Shown piece by piece: positions 10,575-19,813 of a DNA stretch of 64,000 nucleotides. A program made the translations under genes and the position numbers. Position 1 is the stretch's first letter. Each line of letters starts with the position of its first letter. This DNA is from Steroidobacteraceae bacterium. Its GTDB lineage: Bacteria > Pseudomonadota > Gammaproteobacteria > Steroidobacterales > Steroidobacteraceae. The DNA lies in the NCBI GenBank assembly GCA_035542375.1, contig DATKLO010000101.1, positions 1,209 to 65,208 on the forward strand, given 5' to 3'. The notes under the pieces are model-generated. The model was not told where the DNA came from and made no database searches. It worked only from the letters and a program-made list of their open reading frames with translations.

Positions 10575-11098
10575 CGGGTACCGTGACGATCAAGGATCTG
10601 GTTGCCGCAGAGGTGCGCCGGCACGCGGAGGATCTCGCGACCGTGCTGGTTGATTGTGTCGAAGGTGGCGCTTCGGTCTCCTTCATGTTGCCTTTCGACA
10701 TGGAGCAGGCGCGCAAGTACTGGCGCGGCCTGGAACAGGCGGTCGCCGACGGCCGCGCGCACGTGTACGCCGCCCTGCAGGGTGAAATTCTCGGCGGTAC
10801 CGTGCAGTTGTGGCTCGATACGCCGGACAACCAGCGCCATCGCGGCGACATCCGCAAGCTTCTCGTGCACCGTTCGGTCAGGCGGCTGGGACTTGCGACG
10901 CGCCTCATGCTGCATGCGGAAACGGAAGCGCGCCGGCTCGGCTTGTCGCTACTGACGCTGGACACGGTCACGGCGAGCCCGGCGGAGAAGCTCTACGAAA
11001 CCCTGGGCTGGCACAAGGTGGGCGTGATTCCGCGCTTCGCGCTCTGGCCCGATGGCCGCTTCTGCGACGCGACGTTCCTCTACAAGGAGATCGGCTGA
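10571..11098 (+). CDS. GNAT family N-acetyltransferase
   Basis: 175 aa with RRLGLATRLM...A.KLYETLGW acetyl-CoA binding motifs. ATGA overlap with the MFS gene. Confidence 0.85.
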   Translation: MTGTVTIKDLVAAEVRRHAEDLATVLVDCVEGGASVSFMLPFDMEQARKYWRGLEQAVADGRAHVYAALQGEILGGTVQLWLDTPDNQRHRGDIRKLLVHRSVRRLGLATRLMLHAETEARRLGLSLLTLDTVTASPAEKLYETLGWHKVGVIPRFALWPDGRFCDATFLYKEIG

Positions 11099-13608
11099 GG
11101 CAGGTCGTGCGCCTCACCCGACGCGGCCGAACAGTTTGCCGCCCCGGCCGGCAGCGGCGCGCCCTGCATCTGCGCCAGCGGGATCGGCCGGCACAGGTGG
11201 AATCCCTGGGCATAGTCCACGCCGATCAGGGCGAGCGCGGTGAGCGCGGCTTCGTTCTCGACGCACTCGGCCACTGTCTCGATTCCCATGACGCGGCCGA
11301 TGCGCTGGATCGCCTCGACCACCGCGAAATCCACGGCATCGCTGCTGATGTCGCGCACGAAAGAGCCGTCGATCTTGATGAAGTCCAGCGGCAGTGCCTT
11401 GAGGTAGGAGAAGGAGGACATGCCGCTGCCGAAATCATCCAGCGCGATGGGACAGCCCAGATCCCGCAGGCGCCGCATCAGTTGCGAGGCGCTCGCCAGG
11501 TTGCCGATGGCCGCCGTCTCGGTCAGCTCCACGCCGAGGTGCCGCCCCGGCAGCCGGTTCGCGCTCAGGCACGTGCCAATGAAGTCCACCAGGCTGGCAT
11601 CGCTGACCGAGGCGCCGGACAGATTGATCATGCAGGTGGGCAACGTGAGCCCACCGGCCCGCAGGGCGGCGAGTTCGCGACAGGCCCGATCGATGACCCA
11701 GCGGTCGATGCGCGGCATCAGCCCGTAACGTTCCGCAGCCGGGATGAATGCCATCGGGGCAATCAACTCGCCCTCCGGTCCGACCATCCGCAGCAAGACC
11801 TCGAAGCGCCTGGCGGTGGGCGCCGCCGCCGAGCCCGCGGGCGCCCCGATCGCGCGGATCTCCTGCGCGTACAGGACGAACCTGTCGCTCTCCAGCGCCG
11901 CGTTCAGCCGTTCGACCCAGCGCATCTCGCCGTGCCGGTTCTTGACCTCCTGGTCATCAGGCCGGTAGAGCTGCACCCGGTTGCGGCCATTGTCCTTGGC
12001 GAGATAACACGCCTGGTCGGCCGCGCTGAGCGTCTCGCTCACCGTCGGCAGGGCCTCACCCAGGGCCAGCACGCCAATGCTGGCGTTCACGACGAAAATG
12101 CGATCCTGCCAGCGGAAACGCAGGTCGGCGATCCGGCACCGGATGCGCTCGGCCAGAACCAGGGCATCCACCGCGGGACAATCGGGCAACAATGCACCGA
12201 ACTCATCGCCGCCGAGGCGCGCGAGCACATCGCTGGCACGCAGTTGCGCCCCTACCAGCCAGGCGACCTGACGGATCAGCTCATCGCCCGCCGCATGGCC
12301 GCACGTGTCGTTGATGACCTTGAACTGGTCGAGATCGAAATACAGCAGCGAGTACTCCCTGCCGGTGGCGCGCTGGTCCTCGATGGCGACAGCCAGGCGC
12401 GACTCGAATTCGCGGCGGTTGGTCAGTCCGGTGAGCGAGTCGTGCGTGGCCTGATGCTGCAGGCGCGCGGCCAGTGCCCGCTCGTGTGTGATATCGCGCA
12501 AGACGAGCACGATGCCGAAGGACTCGCCGTTGCGATCGCGCAGTGGGGCGGCTCGCTCGTGCACAGGGATCTCCAGCCCGTGGCGCGTCCTCAACAGCAC
12601 GCCATTGGCCGCACCGGAGACCGACTCGCCGACGATGACCCGCTCGAGCTGGGCGATGATGCTGGGCTCGTCCGATTGGGGAGCGATCCGCAGCAGCTCG
12701 GTCAACGTGCGACCAAGTGCCTCCGCGTGTGACCAACCCGTCAAACGCTCGGCGGCGGCATTCATGTAGGTCACGCGGCGATCGCGGTTGGCGGTGATGA
12801 CTGCGTCCGAAATCGACCCCAGCGTGACGTGCGCGCGCTTCTGCTCGATGTAGATCCGCTCTTCGCTCGCGCGCAGGTCGCTCGCAAGCTTCTCACCCCG
12901 AACCAGATTGCGCCTCGAGATCGCCGCACCCACCGCTACCAGCGCGGCGCTGCACAGGCACAGCAATACGAGCAGCAGGTTGGTCACCGCGCGGGACAGG
13001 TTTCCCAGGTACACCGTGAAGGCATCTTCCAGCGGGGCGACCCGCTGATGGGTCTCATCGGCCTGCGCCACCAGTGCGGCCACTCGCCGCGCATCGGGAT
13101 GTCCGCTGGTCATCTCCTCGTGCAGGTTGGCGGCGATCGTAGACAGCTGCGCCATCAGCGCATCGCCGCGAGCCCAGAAGCCGATGGCGCTGGCCATCAT
13201 GGAGTTGTGCTGGAACAGCCCGAACAGGCGGATCATCCAGGGCACGTCGTGCGGATCGTTGCGACCCCGGAGAAAACCGCGCGCAGCGACCGTCGTATCC
13301 GGGTGCGCGCTCTGCAACTCCTGCCGCGCCAGCCGGTCACCGAGCGGGACGGCCAGCTCCTCTTGAAAATGACGGTAATCGGTCTGGCTACCGCTCGCAG
13401 CGTACTTGTGGAGCTCCGCCACGGCCTGTCGTTCGGCCTTGGACCACATGCCTTCGCCGTTGACGTAGGCACGCAGTCCGGAGAGCACCACGATACTGGC
13501 CACGCTGAGCAGCAGCATCAGCGACATGATCAGCACCAGGGGCCAGGTCACTGATACCAGCTTGCGGTCGGCGCCAGCGGCGGAGGTCGGAACCGGACTC
13601 AAGGACAT
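11080..13608 (-). CDS. Membrane sensor PAS-GGDEF-EAL protein (c-di-GMP cyclase/phosphodiesterase)
   Basis: Two TM helices flank a periplasmic domain, followed by PAS, RLGGDEFGALL (GGDEF) and an EVLLR...DDFGSG EAL domain. Confidence 0.9.
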   Translation of the reverse strand: MSLSPVPTSAAGADRKLVSVTWPLVLIMSLMLLLSVASIVVLSGLRAYVNGEGMWSKAERQAVAELHKYAASGSQTDYRHFQEELAVPLGDRLARQELQSAHPDTTVAARGFLRGRNDPHDVPWMIRLFGLFQHNSMMASAIGFWARGDALMAQLSTIAANLHEEMTSGHPDARRVAALVAQADETHQRVAPLEDAFTVYLGNLSRAVTNLLLVLLCLCSAALVAVGAAISRRNLVRGEKLASDLRASEERIYIEQKRAHVTLGSISDAVITANRDRRVTYMNAAAERLTGWSHAEALGRTLTELLRIAPQSDEPSIIAQLERVIVGESVSGAANGVLLRTRHGLEIPVHERAAPLRDRNGESFGIVLVLRDITHERALAARLQHQATHDSLTGLTNRREFESRLAVAIEDQRATGREYSLLYFDLDQFKVINDTCGHAAGDELIRQVAWLVGAQLRASDVLARLGGDEFGALLPDCPAVDALVLAERIRCRIADLRFRWQDRIFVVNASIGVLALGEALPTVSETLSAADQACYLAKDNGRNRVQLYRPDDQEVKNRHGEMRWVERLNAALESDRFVLYAQEIRAIGAPAGSAAAPTARRFEVLLRMVGPEGELIAPMAFIPAAERYGLMPRIDRWVIDRACRELAALRAGGLTLPTCMINLSGASVSDASLVDFIGTCLSANRLPGRHLGVELTETAAIGNLASASQLMRRLRDLGCPIALDDFGSGMSSFSYLKALPLDFIKIDGSFVRDISSDAVDFAVVEAIQRIGRVMGIETVAECVENEAALTALALIGVDYAQGFHLCRPIPLAQMQGAPLPAGAANCSAASGEAHDLPQPISL

Positions 13609-13817
13609 GATGCTGCGTCTGCGAAGCCGATGATCGGTGTGGTTTCCAATAGTCTCATGCAGTTGCGGAGGTTGGCAGAAACCGCAGCGAGTGGCGCGGA
13701 GAACTGTGAACCGATCCGCGCTGCGGTGCGACGTGGTTCACAGGGCTCGGCACTCGGGGTATCGCAGAGCTGAAAGCGGCGCGCATTGCGCGCGCAACAT
13801 TCGGCGCCGGAAGGAAC

Positions 13818-15797
13818 TCAGACAGACTGCAGCGGCCTCAACTCGACCAGGGATATCAACACTGTGAGCAGCGTCGCCGGATCGGCGCGCTCGCCGAGTA
13901 TCAGCAGCGACGGCTCGCGCTGGCCGCGCAGCGCCGCACACCCAGCCGCCAGCGCCGCGACCGGACAACGCCAGGGGCCTGCGTGGCCTGGCACTTCGAT
14001 GAGACCGAAGTCCCTGCCCGGTGCGTTGGTTGATCGATCGGCCGCGGGCATGGACTGCAACTGCGTGAGCAGCGAGTGCGCCTGGCCCGCCAGTCCCAGA
14101 GGCAGCCAGCCCCGCGGTGTCGGTTGTTCGTCGGCACAGAGCCGCAGCGTGCCCGAATTCGTCGCAGCGTCCGATGTCGGGCTACCATCCGACTGCACCG
14201 GCAAACACTCACCGGCGATGCGAACATTGACTCCGGCCGCGGCAGCCGCGACCGCTGCAATCCACAAGAGCGGTTGTCCCGCGGGACACACTTCCAGCCA
14301 CATTCCAGCGGACACGTCCTGTGCCGCAAGCCAGGAGGCCAGTCTGCCTGCGAACTCGGCGACATCCCGCCCACTCAGTGCACCCGCCGCGGCGGTATCG
14401 ATCAGGGGCCCATCGGAGCCACTCGCCAACACGAAACAGTCTTGCGCCAGGGACTCGCTCTGGCGTGCGTACTGGCTGGCATGCACACGCTGGAGCAAGT
14501 GAGCGTTGGCGCTCACACACGCGGGAAACAACAACTCCATCCGGCAGAGCGAGTGCAATGTCCGACTCATGATGGCCGGATCACACGCAGCCGACAGTAT
14601 CGACTCATGCGGGAGGCCCGCCGCTGCCAGATGCAGCGCCAGGATACCTGTCTCATCCAGCACGACCGGCCCCTCCGGAAGACGAGCCGTGTACGCCGGA
14701 TGTCGCAGCAGATAGTGACCCACGGTACCGTCATACCCTGCTCGCGACAGTTGCACGCACCGCCTTGCCAGGTTTAGGCGGAACATCGGATTGACGATGT
14801 ACCGAGGCTCCCCCGTATCTTGCTGCGTGCCGCAGGCCGCCGACGTGGCCGGCTGGGCGGGCTGGGTGGTCTCGGTGGGCTGGGTCGGCTGGGTCGGCTG
14901 GGGCAGGATCGCGATCAATCCGTTGTAGTGCGCGGTGTCGGAGTCATCCCTGAGCAATGCGGGCGTCGGACCGTCGAACAGGGCCGCCTCGCTGAACACG
15001 AATCCGCGTCGCGACGTGCCGGCGGTGAGACCGTCCAGCCAGCGACGATAATCGCGACCGTGAACCTTGGTACCACCGCGCTCGAAGTAGGGATCGGGCT
15101 CGCTGTTGGCCAGATGCACGTGCGCAAAGACCACGGCACCGCTGCCGCGATTCACACGCAGGCATTCCGCGGCAAACCGCTCCACGCCAAAGCGGTGCAG
15201 CGCATCGTGCGCGTGCACGAAATCGAAGACTTCATCCGCAAAGGGCAGCGGCCGGCCCGGATGATGGAACAGGATTTCGAGATTGCCAGGGCGTTGCCCG
15301 CTGCCCAGGAGACGTCGAAATCCACGATAACCCAGCACGCTGCTGTCTCCTTCCCACAGACTCACGATGAGCTGTTCGGGAAACAGTCCCGCGAGCCACT
15401 CGCCGCTCCATCCCGTCCGGCACCAGGTATCCAGGATCGCGCCGCCGCGGCGAACCGCCGGGCGAATGTGGGGCAGCAGGGTTTCGAGCGCGCGCTCGGA
15501 CTCGTTGAAAGGCTGAAACGCCGCGTAGGCTTCGATGAGATTGCGCGACTGCTTCTCGCGAAGATAGTCCTCGTACTGGCGCGCCGTGCCAAACAGTCTC
15601 GCGGCCAGGACCTCCAGTGCACCCGGCTCGGACAGTTCGCAGGCGGGTCGCGCCTCGGTGAAGAACGCAAACCCGTCGAGCACGGGAATCGCATCCCGGC
15701 AACCGCACAGCAGATAGCCATGCAGCCGGTCCCCCTGCTCCCGGTAACTTCCCCGGCAATCCGGACAACGCAGCAGGTTGAGCAGGCCCGGGCGCAT
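13818..15797 (-). CDS. Chimeric protein of unknown function: Trm112-like zinc ribbon, degenerate class I methyltransferase-like domain, PTQ-repeat linker, and a C-terminal region resembling the N-terminal lobe of an adenylate-forming enzyme
   Basis: LLNLLRCPDCRGS...LLCGCRDAIPVLDGFAFF (Trm112 type). ILDTWCRTGWSG stands in place of the GxGxG motif. Linker PQPTQPTQPTETTQPAQP. C-terminal part LSGRDVAEFAGRLASWLAAQDVSAGMWLEVCPAGQPLLWIAAVAAAAAGVNV. Last gene of the operon. Confidence 0.7.
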   Translation of the reverse strand: MRPGLLNLLRCPDCRGSYREQGDRLHGYLLCGCRDAIPVLDGFAFFTEARPACELSEPGALEVLAARLFGTARQYEDYLREKQSRNLIEAYAAFQPFNESERALETLLPHIRPAVRRGGAILDTWCRTGWSGEWLAGLFPEQLIVSLWEGDSSVLGYRGFRRLLGSGQRPGNLEILFHHPGRPLPFADEVFDFVHAHDALHRFGVERFAAECLRVNRGSGAVVFAHVHLANSEPDPYFERGGTKVHGRDYRRWLDGLTAGTSRRGFVFSEAALFDGPTPALLRDDSDTAHYNGLIAILPQPTQPTQPTETTQPAQPATSAACGTQQDTGEPRYIVNPMFRLNLARRCVQLSRAGYDGTVGHYLLRHPAYTARLPEGPVVLDETGILALHLAAAGLPHESILSAACDPAIMSRTLHSLCRMELLFPACVSANAHLLQRVHASQYARQSESLAQDCFVLASGSDGPLIDTAAAGALSGRDVAEFAGRLASWLAAQDVSAGMWLEVCPAGQPLLWIAAVAAAAAGVNVRIAGECLPVQSDGSPTSDAATNSGTLRLCADEQPTPRGWLPLGLAGQAHSLLTQLQSMPAADRSTNAPGRDFGLIEVPGHAGPWRCPVAALAAGCAALRGQREPSLLILGERADPATLLTVLISLVELRPLQSV

Positions 15798-15803
15798 CAG
15801 GAC

Positions 15804-15941
15804 TTACCGGTGCAGGTAGTAGAACTCGATCGCATCGCGATCGAAGAAGTAATAGACCAGCACGAGCAGGGCCGCGTACCACAGCGCGTACAACGTGTGG
15901 ACCAACGGTCGGGGCAGGTGGCGGAGGAGCAATTGATACAT
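15804..15941 (-). CDS. 45-aa single-pass microprotein, candidate DltX-like acyl-shuttle protein
   Basis: Not a separate track entry (under 60 aa). Self-translated: MYQLLLRHLPRPLVHTLYALWYAALLVLVYYFFDRDAIEFYYLHR*. It has one TM helix, a basic N-terminus and an aromatic C-terminal hexapeptide FYYLHR. It lies 20 nt after the MBOAT stop and 6 nt before the next start. No strong SD seen. Confidence 0.5.
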   Translation of the reverse strand: MYQLLLRHLPRPLVHTLYALWYAALLVLVYYFFDRDAIEFYYLHR

Positions 15942-15961
15942 GTCGGTACGGCCCGGGAGAT

Positions 15962-17098
15962 TCAGCCCGCACCCGGGATCAGGACGCGCTCGACGGCGCG
16001 GGTCACCCAGAAGCTGAACAGGACGAAATGCAGCGTAATGACACAGGCGAATACCCGCCACAGCGCGGCCGGCAGCGGCGGCAGCGCGGCAATCGACTCT
16101 CCCGCACGCGCGTCGAACCAGCGAAACCCGGCGATTCCGGCACCGTGATAGGCTCCCCAGAGCAGATAGTGGAGCGACAGGTCGTGCCAGATGCCCAGCA
16201 CGATCATGGATGCCATCACGGCGAGAAAGGGCCGGCGCGTGACCGACACCACCGGCGCGTAGACATATTCGCGGCACCAGCCGGCCAGTGTGATGTGCCA
16301 GCGCTGCCAGAAATCGGCGATGTTGCGCGCCACGATGGGCCAGTTGAAATTCTCGCGGATCCGTAATCCCATCAGCGCGCCGAACCCCACCGCGATGTCG
16401 CTGTAGCCGCTGAACAGCACGTACAGCCTCGCCCAGAACAGCAGCACGCTCAGGTACTGATGCAACAGCGGATGGCCGCTGGCACCGGCCAGCAATGGAG
16501 TCAGCTCCTCGCCGATGAGGTAATTGCCCAGCACGACCAGCTTCACCAGGCCGTACAGGATGCGCTGACCACCGTAGGAGAATCGGTCGGAATCCCAGCG
16601 CTTGCGCCGCAGATCACGCAGGTAATCATCGAAGCGATGGATCGGGCCCGCGGGCAGCGTCGCGGGCAGGAAGTGATAGCTAAGATATTCCCCCAGCGTG
16701 TGCGGTCGCAGATGGCCCTTGTACGCCTCCAACAGGTAATGGATCAGGCGGAGCGCATAGAACGCCATGCCCAACGGAAGGACCACGCGCAGGGTGAGCG
16801 ATGTGCTGCTGTGCTCGCTGCGCGCGAGCAGAAGAAGATAGGCGCCAGCAATGATCGTGACGCTGACCAGCAGCACGTATCTCGTCAGCAGTCCGCGCCG
16901 TTGTAAGACGAACGTGACCACGCTGGCCACGGCAAGCAACGCCAGTGAAGTCGGCGACGCCATCGCCAGCAGACCGGCGCCACAGAGCGCAATCAACCAG
17001 GGTTGCAGGGCGCGCCACGGCAGCCAGGCCATGATGACGGCGGCACTCGAACTCGCCAGGACGAGTTGCAGGACGTCCTGCTCAGCCATGGTTCGCAC
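15962..17098 (-). CDS. MBOAT family membrane-bound O-acyltransferase (DltB/AlgI-like)
   Basis: 378 aa, polytopic, with NIADFWQRWHITL and GIWHD conserved-His motifs. Confidence 0.9.
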   Translation of the reverse strand: MRTMAEQDVLQLVLASSSAAVIMAWLPWRALQPWLIALCGAGLLAMASPTSLALLAVASVVTFVLQRRGLLTRYVLLVSVTIIAGAYLLLLARSEHSSTSLTLRVVLPLGMAFYALRLIHYLLEAYKGHLRPHTLGEYLSYHFLPATLPAGPIHRFDDYLRDLRRKRWDSDRFSYGGQRILYGLVKLVVLGNYLIGEELTPLLAGASGHPLLHQYLSVLLFWARLYVLFSGYSDIAVGFGALMGLRIRENFNWPIVARNIADFWQRWHITLAGWCREYVYAPVVSVTRRPFLAVMASMIVLGIWHDLSLHYLLWGAYHGAGIAGFRWFDARAGESIAALPPLPAALWRVFACVITLHFVLFSFWVTRAVERVLIPGAG

Positions 17099-17990
17099 GC
17101 GCCGCCATCAACTTGCCGGCGAGCCATTGGCTGAAGAGTTCGCGACCCGCCGCGGACATGTGCCCCTCGTCGCAGAAAGCCGAGTCCGGCAGTGGCGCCG
17201 CTGACCAGAGCTGGAAACCGTTGTCGCGCGCCAGCTGCGGGAGAATGACGGAGTCGATGCGCGCCAGCGATGAGGGGACCAGCGCCTCGGCCCAGGCAGC
17301 GCGCGGCAGACGGACCAGGATGATCCGCGTCCCCGCCTTCTGCAGAGCGCCCAACATATCCAGGTAGCGCTGGCGACTCAGGGACGAGCTCGGGCGGGTC
17401 GTCTTGAGGTGCGCGGCGTAGATCAACTGCTGGGTTTGAGTCTGGCGGATGCGACATTCCCGTGCGTCGGGAAACTGCTCTGCTCCGCGGTTCTCGCCGA
17501 AGTTGGGATCCACGCCGCTGTCCCCCACCAGCACCTGATGCAACGCCCGCTCCAGCGGCAGCAGGTTCTGGCGGATCGGAAAATGCGCGCCGCGATCCAG
17601 CAGCAGCAGGTCGCTCTCCAGCAGCAGGATGTCGGGCGGATGAGCGGCGAGCGCGCGCAGGGCCGGTTGCACGTCCCAGAAGTTCGCCCCTTCCCAGGTG
17701 ATCCGCTCGAAGTCCACTGCCTGCGAGCCACCGAGACGGGCAGCGAAGTTCGCGTCGAAGTCGACTGCATACAGTGTTTTCGACGAGCCCAGAGCGACGA
17801 TGCGCACAGCAGACGGCGGTGCTGGAACCGTCAGGCGCTCGAGATTGAGATTGGCGTCCGACGCAGCCGTTATATGATGCGCCAGCGCCGGTATCCGGTC
17901 CTCATTGGCCAGGAAGACCAGCAGTACCGCGATGATGCCGGCCGTGCCGTACCAAACGCTCAGCGGTGGAAATTGCCTCGAGGGGCTCAA
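17082..17990 (-). CDS. Membrane-anchored SGNH/DltD-like putative acyltransferase
   Basis: N-terminal TM helix. ALGSSKT resembles SGNH block I (Ser nucleophile) and CDEGHMS resembles block V (DxxH). It sits between the carrier-ligase and MBOAT genes. Confidence 0.6.
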   Translation of the reverse strand: MSPSRQFPPLSVWYGTAGIIAVLLVFLANEDRIPALAHHITAASDANLNLERLTVPAPPSAVRIVALGSSKTLYAVDFDANFAARLGGSQAVDFERITWEGANFWDVQPALRALAAHPPDILLLESDLLLLDRGAHFPIRQNLLPLERALHQVLVGDSGVDPNFGENRGAEQFPDARECRIRQTQTQQLIYAAHLKTTRPSSSLSRQRYLDMLGALQKAGTRIILVRLPRAAWAEALVPSSLARIDSVILPQLARDNGFQLWSAAPLPDSAFCDEGHMSAAGRELFSQWLAGKLMAARANHG

Positions 17991-19813
17991 GCGGACTCGA
18001 GAAACTCGAGAGCCCGGTCCAGACGATCGAGTGACATGATCTGGCGCGGGCTGAAACGCACGCCAAACTCGCGTTCCAGTCCGGCAACGAGTTCCAGATG
18101 CGCCAGCGAGTCCCAGCCCACCACGTCATCCGGGGTGCTCGCGAGACTCAGCATAGCCGCCTCGGTCCTGAAACACTTCGCGGCAACTTCGAGCAGGCGT
18201 CTGGCCCGGTCGGCGGCATCCGTCGCGCCCCCTTGCGCGCGGGCGCGCCGGTCCTGCAGCAGTTCACGCACTGCCTCCATCCGCACCTTGCCGGACAGGC
18301 CGCGCGGCAGCCTCTCCACCCGCTCGAACCGGCTTGGCACCTTGCGCGGCTCGAGTTGCCGGCCGCAGTGAGCCAGCAGTTCCTCGTTGGAAACGCTGTC
18401 CTCGGCGCTGACCACACAGCAGACGGTCTCACCCCAGATCTCGTCCGGCATGCCGATGGTCACCGCCTCGCGTACCGCGGGATGGCGCTGCAATACCTCC
18501 GTGATCTCCTCCGGGTGGATGTTGTAGCCACCGCGGATGATCAGATTCTTGTAGCGACCGCAGATCCAGTAGAAGCCGTCCGCGTCGCGGCGAGCGGCAT
18601 CGCCGGTCCGGAACCAGCCATCGCGCAGCACCTCGGCAGTCAGCTGCGGAGCGTTGAAATAACCCGACATCAGCAGATCACCGCTCATCCACAGTTCGCC
18701 CACTTCATTCACCAGCGCCTCCGTGCCATCCGGCCGCACGATACGCAGCTGGCAGTCCACCGGGACACCGATGCTGCCCGGCCTGCGACTGGCCGCATCC
18801 GGTCCGCAGAACACGCCGCCGACTACCGTTTCGGTGAGTCCGTACACGTTGACGATCGGCACGCGGAAGGTGCTCTCGAAGCTCTCGCACAGGGCGGCTT
18901 CGAGCTGGGCGCCGCACGAGATGAGCAAGCGGAAGTCGCCTCCCTGGAATGCATCGCGATGTTCCAGCCCGAGCCGCTGGATGAGTGCCATCATGGTCGG
19001 CACGGCCACGAGATGCGTGATCCGCAGTTGATACACGGCATCGAGCAGACGGTCGATGGCCGTCACTTCGAAGCGCAGGGGACGGAACACCGCGATCGCG
19101 TTGAAGAATGCGATGACCGGCCCCTGGATCATGCCATCGGCGTGCGCCAGCATCAGAATGTTCAGGATCCGGCTCTGCGGCGTGTAGCCGAAGCGGCGCG
19201 TGAGCGTACGCAAGTGCGCAAACAGGGCGCGATGGCTGATCGCCACACCCTTGGGCTGCTCCGTCGTGCCCGAGGTGAACATCACGTAGGCCAGGGTCTC
19301 CGGGTCGATCGTGCGCGGTGGCGGCCGTGAACCCGCGGCTTCGAGCAGCCCGTGCAGATCATCCCCATCGGCCGCGCGGCGCAGTTTGCCGAACAATCCT
19401 TTGGCAGCCGCGCGGTCGATCATACGAACTGGCGCATCGCCTGCCGGAAGCTCCCAACGGACCGACAGCTCGCGGTCCATCAGAAGCAGGCGCGGTGCGG
19501 CGGCGGCGACCAGCGTGCGTGCGCGCTCCGGACCCATCTCGGGATCCAGGTTGACGACCGTGATGCCCCAACACATCGAAGCGACGAACAACAGGGCGGA
19601 TTCGACCTCGTCAGCCGTGGCGATGATGACTCGGTCGCCCGCCTGCACACCCTGGGAGGCAAACACCGGACCCAGTGCTTCGATCCGTTCGCGCAACTGG
19701 CCAAAGGTGACCGTGCGCCCGGCAGCCACCAGCCAGGGTTTGCGTGCGAGCTGTGGAGCGCAGATCCGCTCGTAGCATTCGAAGGCGTCGGCACTCGCTG
19801 CGCGCTCAAGCAT
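17987..19813 (-). CDS. Adenylate-forming enzyme (AMP-binding) fused to a C-terminal acyl/peptidyl carrier domain
   Basis: MFTSGTTEQPKGV, YGLTET, GWFRTGD, GRYKNLIIRGGYNIHPEEI, LSGKV, then a roughly 80-aa tail with the phosphopantetheine motif GWDSLAHLELV. Confidence 0.9.
   Translation of the reverse strand: MLERAASADAFECYERICAPQLARKPWLVAAGRTVTFGQLRERIEALGPVFASQGVQAGDRVIIATADEVESALLFVASMCWGITVVNLDPEMGPERARTLVAAAAPRLLLMDRELSVRWELPAGDAPVRMIDRAAAKGLFGKLRRAADGDDLHGLLEAAGSRPPPRTIDPETLAYVMFTSGTTEQPKGVAISHRALFAHLRTLTRRFGYTPQSRILNILMLAHADGMIQGPVIAFFNAIAVFRPLRFEVTAIDRLLDAVYQLRITHLVAVPTMMALIQRLGLEHRDAFQGGDFRLLISCGAQLEAALCESFESTFRVPIVNVYGLTETVVGGVFCGPDAASRRPGSIGVPVDCQLRIVRPDGTEALVNEVGELWMSGDLLMSGYFNAPQLTAEVLRDGWFRTGDAARRDADGFYWICGRYKNLIIRGGYNIHPEEITEVLQRHPAVREAVTIGMPDEIWGETVCCVVSAEDSVSNEELLAHCGRQLEPRKVPSRFERVERLPRGLSGKVRMEAVRELLQDRRARAQGGATDAADRARRLLEVAAKCFRTEAAMLSLASTPDDVVGWDSLAHLELVAGLEREFGVRFSPRQIMSLDRLDRALEFLESA

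Noticed and set aside
11080-11098. Convergent gene ends overlapping by 19 bp (also 4064-4070 and 26613-26616) as a possible antisense-regulation feature
   Set aside because: Short convergent 3' overlaps are common in compact high-GC genomes, and nothing else supports a function.
10810-12732. 640-aa + strand ORF
   Set aside because: It is antisense to the PAS-GGDEF-EAL gene (11080..13608 -), which has unambiguous domain motifs. The + frame product is compositionally biased and motif-free.
13705-13742. TGTGAACC-N22-GGTTCACA inverted repeat, considered as a CRP/FNR-type site or a terminator
   Set aside because: CRP/FNR sites need about 6-nt spacing between the TGTGA and TCACA arms, and here it is far larger. 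As a terminator it lacks a U-tract on either strand. It may be a stem-loop of unknown role, but I cannot support a call.
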